IMG/VR virus record: IMGVR_UViG_3300044846_004119
Coordinates: 1-64,000 of that record
DNA from: a virus
DNA: 64,000 bases
Strand: one strand, 5' to 3'
Made by a program: the position numbers and the translations under genes
Part shown: positions 61,701-64,000 of the stretch, piece by piece
Numbering within the stretch: position 1 is the first letter of the stretch
Layout: the number at the start of each line of letters is the position of its first letter
The notes under the pieces: generated by a model
Told to the model about the DNA's origin: nothing
Seen by the model: only the letters and a program-made list of their open reading frames with translations
Databases searched by the model: none

Positions 61701-62482
61701 CCTTAACAACTTATGAGAATAACTTTGCGGGTATAACTATAGACCAAGATTGGGGTCAATCATCTACTTATTTTGTTGATAAATATTTTTATTGTTCAAG
61801 CCAAAATGTACCTAACGCCACATTCTCAGACTCAACTCAATCAGTCAAATTTTTAGTTGAAAGATGGTCACAAAGAATGAGTTTATTATCCAATGACAGT
61901 GCATCGGAAATTGCTAAATTTTGGATATTAAATGCTAACACATCTGTTACTGATAAAAAATTAAATCCTGTTAATGTTTACGACCAAATGTCGTCAATAG
62001 ATAAAGGAAATATTGAAACTAAAGTACAATCGGCGATTAATGAGTTTAATACTCAAACGGGACAACTTAATGTGGGGTCAACACCACCAGTAACACCACC
62101 ATTAATTGATACATACACTTACGCAGTAACAACACCACCATTATTTGAAAATTTAAAGGTTATTGTGGACCCATCGGTCGATGGACTAAGAAATATATTT
62201 CAAATAGAGTATGGTTATAATATTACTGCGGAGTGTCATGAGGGTAGTGGTTCAGGACAACAATTTGGGACTAATTATGTTTCAACAAATAAACAAAAAT
62301 TTGAAATTGATTTACAAGGGTTATTAACAGAATCTGGTTGTAATAATGTGTCGAAAAGTGAGTATACAGGAACTTATAAATACCAAATAACGGTATTTAC
62401 TAAACCTGTTAAACCTGATGGGTCACTTGATACGTCAAGAAACGATTTTTACAAAAGTTATCCTGTAACTTTCACTTTGTAA
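55742..62482 (+). CDS. Giant baseplate hub protein (gp27/gp44-like core with large insertions)
   Basis: LGITSINI...P.I.V.LEDV.G N-terminal hub barrel; Y.C.V.MMGN..IQP..YF.L...PMF.G.Y.I..V.H.I....FET...G.R C-terminal hub motif. Confidence 0.7.
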   Translation: MVGDTENILVEFDYNNITIVDPNKVIDINGNAKERFIKQEDLVFYANLECKVLPRTKLAVGVANNDQIQTVSIATINFLKPGDKTFLDNSYTDEITGKNSVTGEGVNQPKKNSISNPNKPADFFLRQSINSGGKPGATDNGLLGITSINIRQGLDFLPTINVQLEDVKGKALFESGDNSPYAAFFNLPYPLFHLTIKGYYGKAIKLGLMLQSFSSRYDTYSGNFKIDLKFYTYKYTILSEITMAALTATPHMYKSRIKVQTTQGSTDSKFVKVEDGVVEGGYQKVKEMYSEYKSKGMIPDDFPEITLVQMQERIENFIKNVLDSFTKQNLDPLTNLDVYQKTLNDYSGNVYYFNGSSWFEKYMDKNTAFVLTNGNKVYTFKPEISLQNRVTAKAELDGYVKKYNELLDGNETVGANGSYKINNKTTKITIPNGIKSPDTFIPKPEITEKDIDLVQSYRLVKGVKTTPTDTQLAAYQAELIKNKVFNTPVIKNADGNIELIKDYYIFEGTNTFIDNIDKMGKKLKVFREQIQEELTKALSELLQSKDNGIGFVPNIRNVLAVVFANGEAFLRLMDDVHTKAWDKRDSTIRKNSIFNSQTAGASQDNLSSGNNKEQPIYPWPQMIKETSGTDGHEKFEIVYPGDSSVITQTKGFLADEWPEVEFVEEFIRGYVERTSPPSDSTASPNELTEPQRISVDAIEFPIKNDVYGNKEEVKFFYEIYERVLLTTFYSRLGRCNDFISDSDKVTTIIADAENINILKSLSNDNPFIIQKLKEYAYTGENFETVLRHISNEGLGESWQNFIRGIFNTKYIKNLVNNSSFEFINEQILKNSLSQPMVSLPSETQFAEYINDSTTSNEYDFADTYPFTNKNWVKKYLANSNTVLDEKSAFDTTQILTYTSDNKIITNIASYDSGKKPFTNFISEITVTPTEYSTTVGMKAFYETRKNDYKNQLFTEGNLKYNNYNGLVTSEQTVSMFNTPYFINAIQQGVSNFRNFSETPYTEAAYLFLNSLPLSTLREKYKTKNESDDLNYIFATLNKFGGVHKIPYSWVLKYGSIWHRYKKYVETGVDIIGVSWANFDYLNNYDPVNSLPSTMYTFSASTQIGIVDIVLENNVTIGGEVSTTINTGFYPKLINDFNVFYQGFEIFSAYTSTAIQEGIKSGFTLNYVDKAIISKSEGFDTSIPNRDLRIFPWTVSVNTLDNISSFIFPSQGSLVNQTNNECFDANTGEIKFEVMGNKSMYDGSVRTFWTAPNYGYFDDSKIVKVNPDQYLKEIFSGKSFQENYSLNGVITQYSNISEMFSVFEKDVLDLFEVEFLNFSKSKYDYSSEGVGANDSNTAKLFKNFQVLMIELMKQPKITGSTGEDYVRNAQSAQLTNITNLLTRFINNDVVFKNGNPSNYDKKLFYTFSNYDITDPYILDKYTLLTPNAVPVNGGTTTLSSSKSLYPNEWTTLETYVGFSEIPQLVYGNNGSYITDFFVDLNISFTVNNIINFSPIIKIYATQKLKESTMNKKKFIGLMDEYLKKSLDFKNKIFNNLIIKLQKALPDVNNTVQTTIDSVLEGPQTKVELWESFKAINDKWISGNDFKTKTLFEDVLLLDRASRNIGDKILVDVFKLKNRLININPKATMLSFVQSILVENNFVVMNLPSYVNFYNVQDAVKNPKPKVEGTLEFANTLFGTFMNVDYRESSAKMVCFFGGKPSEQLDLKNNVDFRYRNDAFDLRRASDNPLVEDLTNKNDWDKSNKVVGFNVDIGPQNQSMFYGFTVSQDAGQATAESLEVLNQMANQGGNRGGATQSNSLYNLYKNRSYSCNVSMMGNAMIQPTMYFNLRYVPMFSGPYMITSVNHSISPGSFETIIEGIRQPTASLPKIDNYLQTLKTNLLQSIIEKNKLDTQKKNAETKVNSTNVIGQSTEVNNQATQQDSTTANDTIQETCQPNSKYAQWTPLTGPSITTLNYKSVIGTIVSLTNDVKLQKVIFSSIYISSNNNNTLTTYENNFAGITIDQDWGQSSTYFVDKYFYCSSQNVPNATFSDSTQSVKFLVERWSQRMSLLSNDSASEIAKFWILNANTSVTDKKLNPVNVYDQMSSIDKGNIETKVQSAINEFNTQTGQLNVGSTPPVTPPLIDTYTYAVTTPPLFENLKVIVDPSVDGLRNIFQIEYGYNITAECHEGSGSGQQFGTNYVSTNKQKFEIDLQGLLTESGCNNVSKSEYTGTYKYQITVFTKPVKPDGSLDTSRNDFYKSYPVTFTL

Positions 62483-62521
62483 TTTTCTAATAATAAACGA
62501 TATTTATATATAAACACTATT

Positions 62522-62746
62522 ATGGACACAAAATTAATATTAGACAACTATTTAGGTAAAAACACCAGAAGCACTGAGAAAGACTTGGGTAATGGTTCTA
62601 AACAAGTTTGCGATTTAGACACAGGAGATTGTTATACTATCAGAATGAAGGATGGTTTAATTGAAAGAGTTGACAATACAATGACAAAAAATAAAAAAAT
62701 TCAGGTTGAAACTCTAACAGGAGTGAAACAACTTTTAAACGGGTAA
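62522..62746 (+). CDS. Small conserved hypothetical protein
   Basis: 74 aa, CDLDTGDC motif; TATTTATA box at 62501. Confidence 0.65.
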   Translation: MDTKLILDNYLGKNTRSTEKDLGNGSKQVCDLDTGDCYTIRMKDGLIERVDNTMTKNKKIQVETLTGVKQLLNG

Positions 62747-62750
62747 TCAA

Positions 62751-63437
62751 ATGAAAAGAGTAGACAACAGAATTATTGAGGAAATCTCAAGATATAAATC
62801 AATTAACGATTATATTTTTGAACAAGAGGCAACATTACCTCCACCACCTGAAGAAGGTATTTTACCTCCTGCAGACCCAAGTGCGTTACCACCACCTCCT
62901 GCTGATGCGGGGGCATTACCACCACCTCCTGGCATTGAACCACCTGCGGCACCTGGTGCAGTACCAACCCCTGTTGATGTTGCAACTGACCCTGATGTTG
63001 AAAAAGTTGGTGAAGAAAAAGGTAAGACTGAGGAACTTGATATTAGTGACTTAGTTAATTCCCAAAAACAAGTAGAAAAAAAACAAGAAGAATATTTTGA
63101 TAATTTATTCAAACATCTTACAGACTTAGAAGGTAAATTAGGTGAAATGGATAATATCATGAATAAGTTGAATGACTTAGAAATGAAAGTTGAGAAATAT
63201 AGAGAAAAAACACCTCAAGAGAAATTAGAACTTAGAAGTTTAGATTCTGGTCCATTTAATCAAAAATTATCAGATTTCTTTGAAGATAAAGAAGAAGATA
63301 TGGAAAAGTCGGGAAAAAATGAATATATTTTAACCCAAGATGAGGTTGAGGATTACTCACCAGTAGATATCAAAAAAACTTTTAGAAATTTTGAAGATTT
63401 GGATAATCAAATCGATTCTTTCAAACAAGTCAAGTAA
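62751..63437 (+). CDS. Acidic Pro-rich/coiled-coil protein, possible prohead core or internal protein
   Basis: RIIEEISRY..I N-terminus, PPP-rich linker, heptad region LTDLEGKLGEMDNIMNKLNDLE. Confidence 0.55.
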   Translation: MKRVDNRIIEEISRYKSINDYIFEQEATLPPPPEEGILPPADPSALPPPPADAGALPPPPGIEPPAAPGAVPTPVDVATDPDVEKVGEEKGKTEELDISDLVNSQKQVEKKQEEYFDNLFKHLTDLEGKLGEMDNIMNKLNDLEMKVEKYREKTPQEKLELRSLDSGPFNQKLSDFFEDKEEDMEKSGKNEYILTQDEVEDYSPVDIKKTFRNFEDLDNQIDSFKQVK

Positions 63438-63442
63438 AATAT

Positions 63443-63465
63443 AAAACGGTCTTCGGACCGTTTTT
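63443..63465 (+). terminator. Rho-independent terminator with C(UUCG)G tetraloop
   Basis: AAAACGGTC-TTCG-GACCGTTTTT right after the stop at 63437. Confidence 0.9.
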
Positions 63466-63479
63466 AGTTTAAAATTTAT

Positions 63480-63508
63480 TTGACAAATACTCAGATTGTA
63501 CTTATACT
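63480..63508 (+). promoter_or_regulatory. sigma70-type promoter for SSB
   Basis: TTGACA-N17-TATACT. Confidence 0.75.
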
Positions 63509-63543
63509 TATGATAATATAAATCATTAAATACTTTAACAACT

Positions 63544-64000
63544 ATGGCGACAAATTCATTAGACGCAGTTTTGGCTCAATACGAGCAGGCAAAACAAGGT
63601 GGTTCTTCTAACACCTCAAAATTTACACAAGAAGAAAGAATGAAAAAATACTTTGCAGCTATCCTTAAAGATACTGAAAAACAAGGGCAACGAAGACTAC
63701 GTATTTTACCAACACCCGATGGTTCTTCACCATTTAAAGAAGTTTGGTATCACGAAATTCAAGTTGACGGTAAATTTCAAAAATTTTATGACCCGGGTAA
63801 GAATGACAACGAGCGTTCACCATTGAATGAAGTTTATGAAGAACTACGCTCAACAGGAAAAGAGTCTGACAAAGAATTGGCAAAACAATATTTATCTCGT
63901 AAATTTTACATTGTTAAAGTTATGGACCGTGATAACGAGTCTGATGGGGTTAAGTTTTGGAGATTCAAACACAACTACAAAAATGAGGGGATTTTAGATA
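63544..64000 (+). CDS. Single-stranded DNA-binding protein (gp32-like), 3'-truncated
   Basis: Hand translation: MATNSLDAVLAQYE...RRLRILP...PFKEVWYH...YDPG....SPL.E....L...K.LA......KFYIVKV.DRD....GVKFWRF; open to the window end. Confidence 0.75.
   Translation, partial: MATNSLDAVLAQYEQAKQGGSSNTSKFTQEERMKKYFAAILKDTEKQGQRRLRILPTPDGSSPFKEVWYHEIQVDGKFQKFYDPGKNDNERSPLNEVYEELRSTGKESDKELAKQYLSRKFYIVKVMDRDNESDGVKFWRFKHNYKNEGILD

Noticed and set aside
42463-62482. Bacterial contractile injection system or giant-virus origin
   Set aside because: Neck proteins, tape measure, PolB, SNF2 helicase and gp32-like SSB indicate a tailed phage; no NCLDV core or bacterial housekeeping genes seen.
62776-63160. 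Overlapping ORFs 62776..63054, 62803..62985 and 62810..63160
   Set aside because: Shadows of the Pro-rich segment of 62751..63437.
1-64000. Stop-codon reassignment, as in some large phages
   Set aside because: Long ORFs tile the window in the standard code and genes end in TAA, TAG and TGA.
1-64000. tRNA or rRNA genes
   Set aside because: Intergenic gaps are short and no T-loop/cloverleaf signature was seen; a covariance-model scan would be needed to exclude them fully.

Overview
AT-rich 64 kb segment of a large contractile-tailed (myovirus-like, distantly T4-type) dsDNA phage genome read in the standard code. No tRNA, rRNA or CRISPR was seen. Left ~25.5 kb: a glycan-modification island with about 14 glycosyltransferase or GT-like domains (GT2, GT4, GT9, Aah/TibC-type heptosyltransferase, GT60 GlcNAc-transferase, GT11, HtrL-like), three methyltransferases and a 2OG-Fe(II) oxygenase. 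It is arranged divergently around a 1754-aa Thr-Pro mucin-like gene and abuts a Gly-Ser-Thr collagen-like fibre gene. Middle: fibre/structural genes, including an LCIB/theta-type carbonic anhydrase fused to a probable structural domain, then a family-B DNA polymerase, neck protein, a Mn-type SOD fused to a PD-(D/E)xK-like domain, and an SNF2 helicase. Right: a tail module (head closure, terminator, sheath, tube, chaperone with a candidate +1 frameshift, tape measure, tube initiator with an OmpA-like insert, LysM/gp53-like protein, giant hub) and the start of a gp32-like SSB. Best candidate for an undescribed system: phage-encoded protein O-glycosylation of Thr/Ser-rich virion proteins. All family assignments come from motif recognition by eye; no database searches were run.
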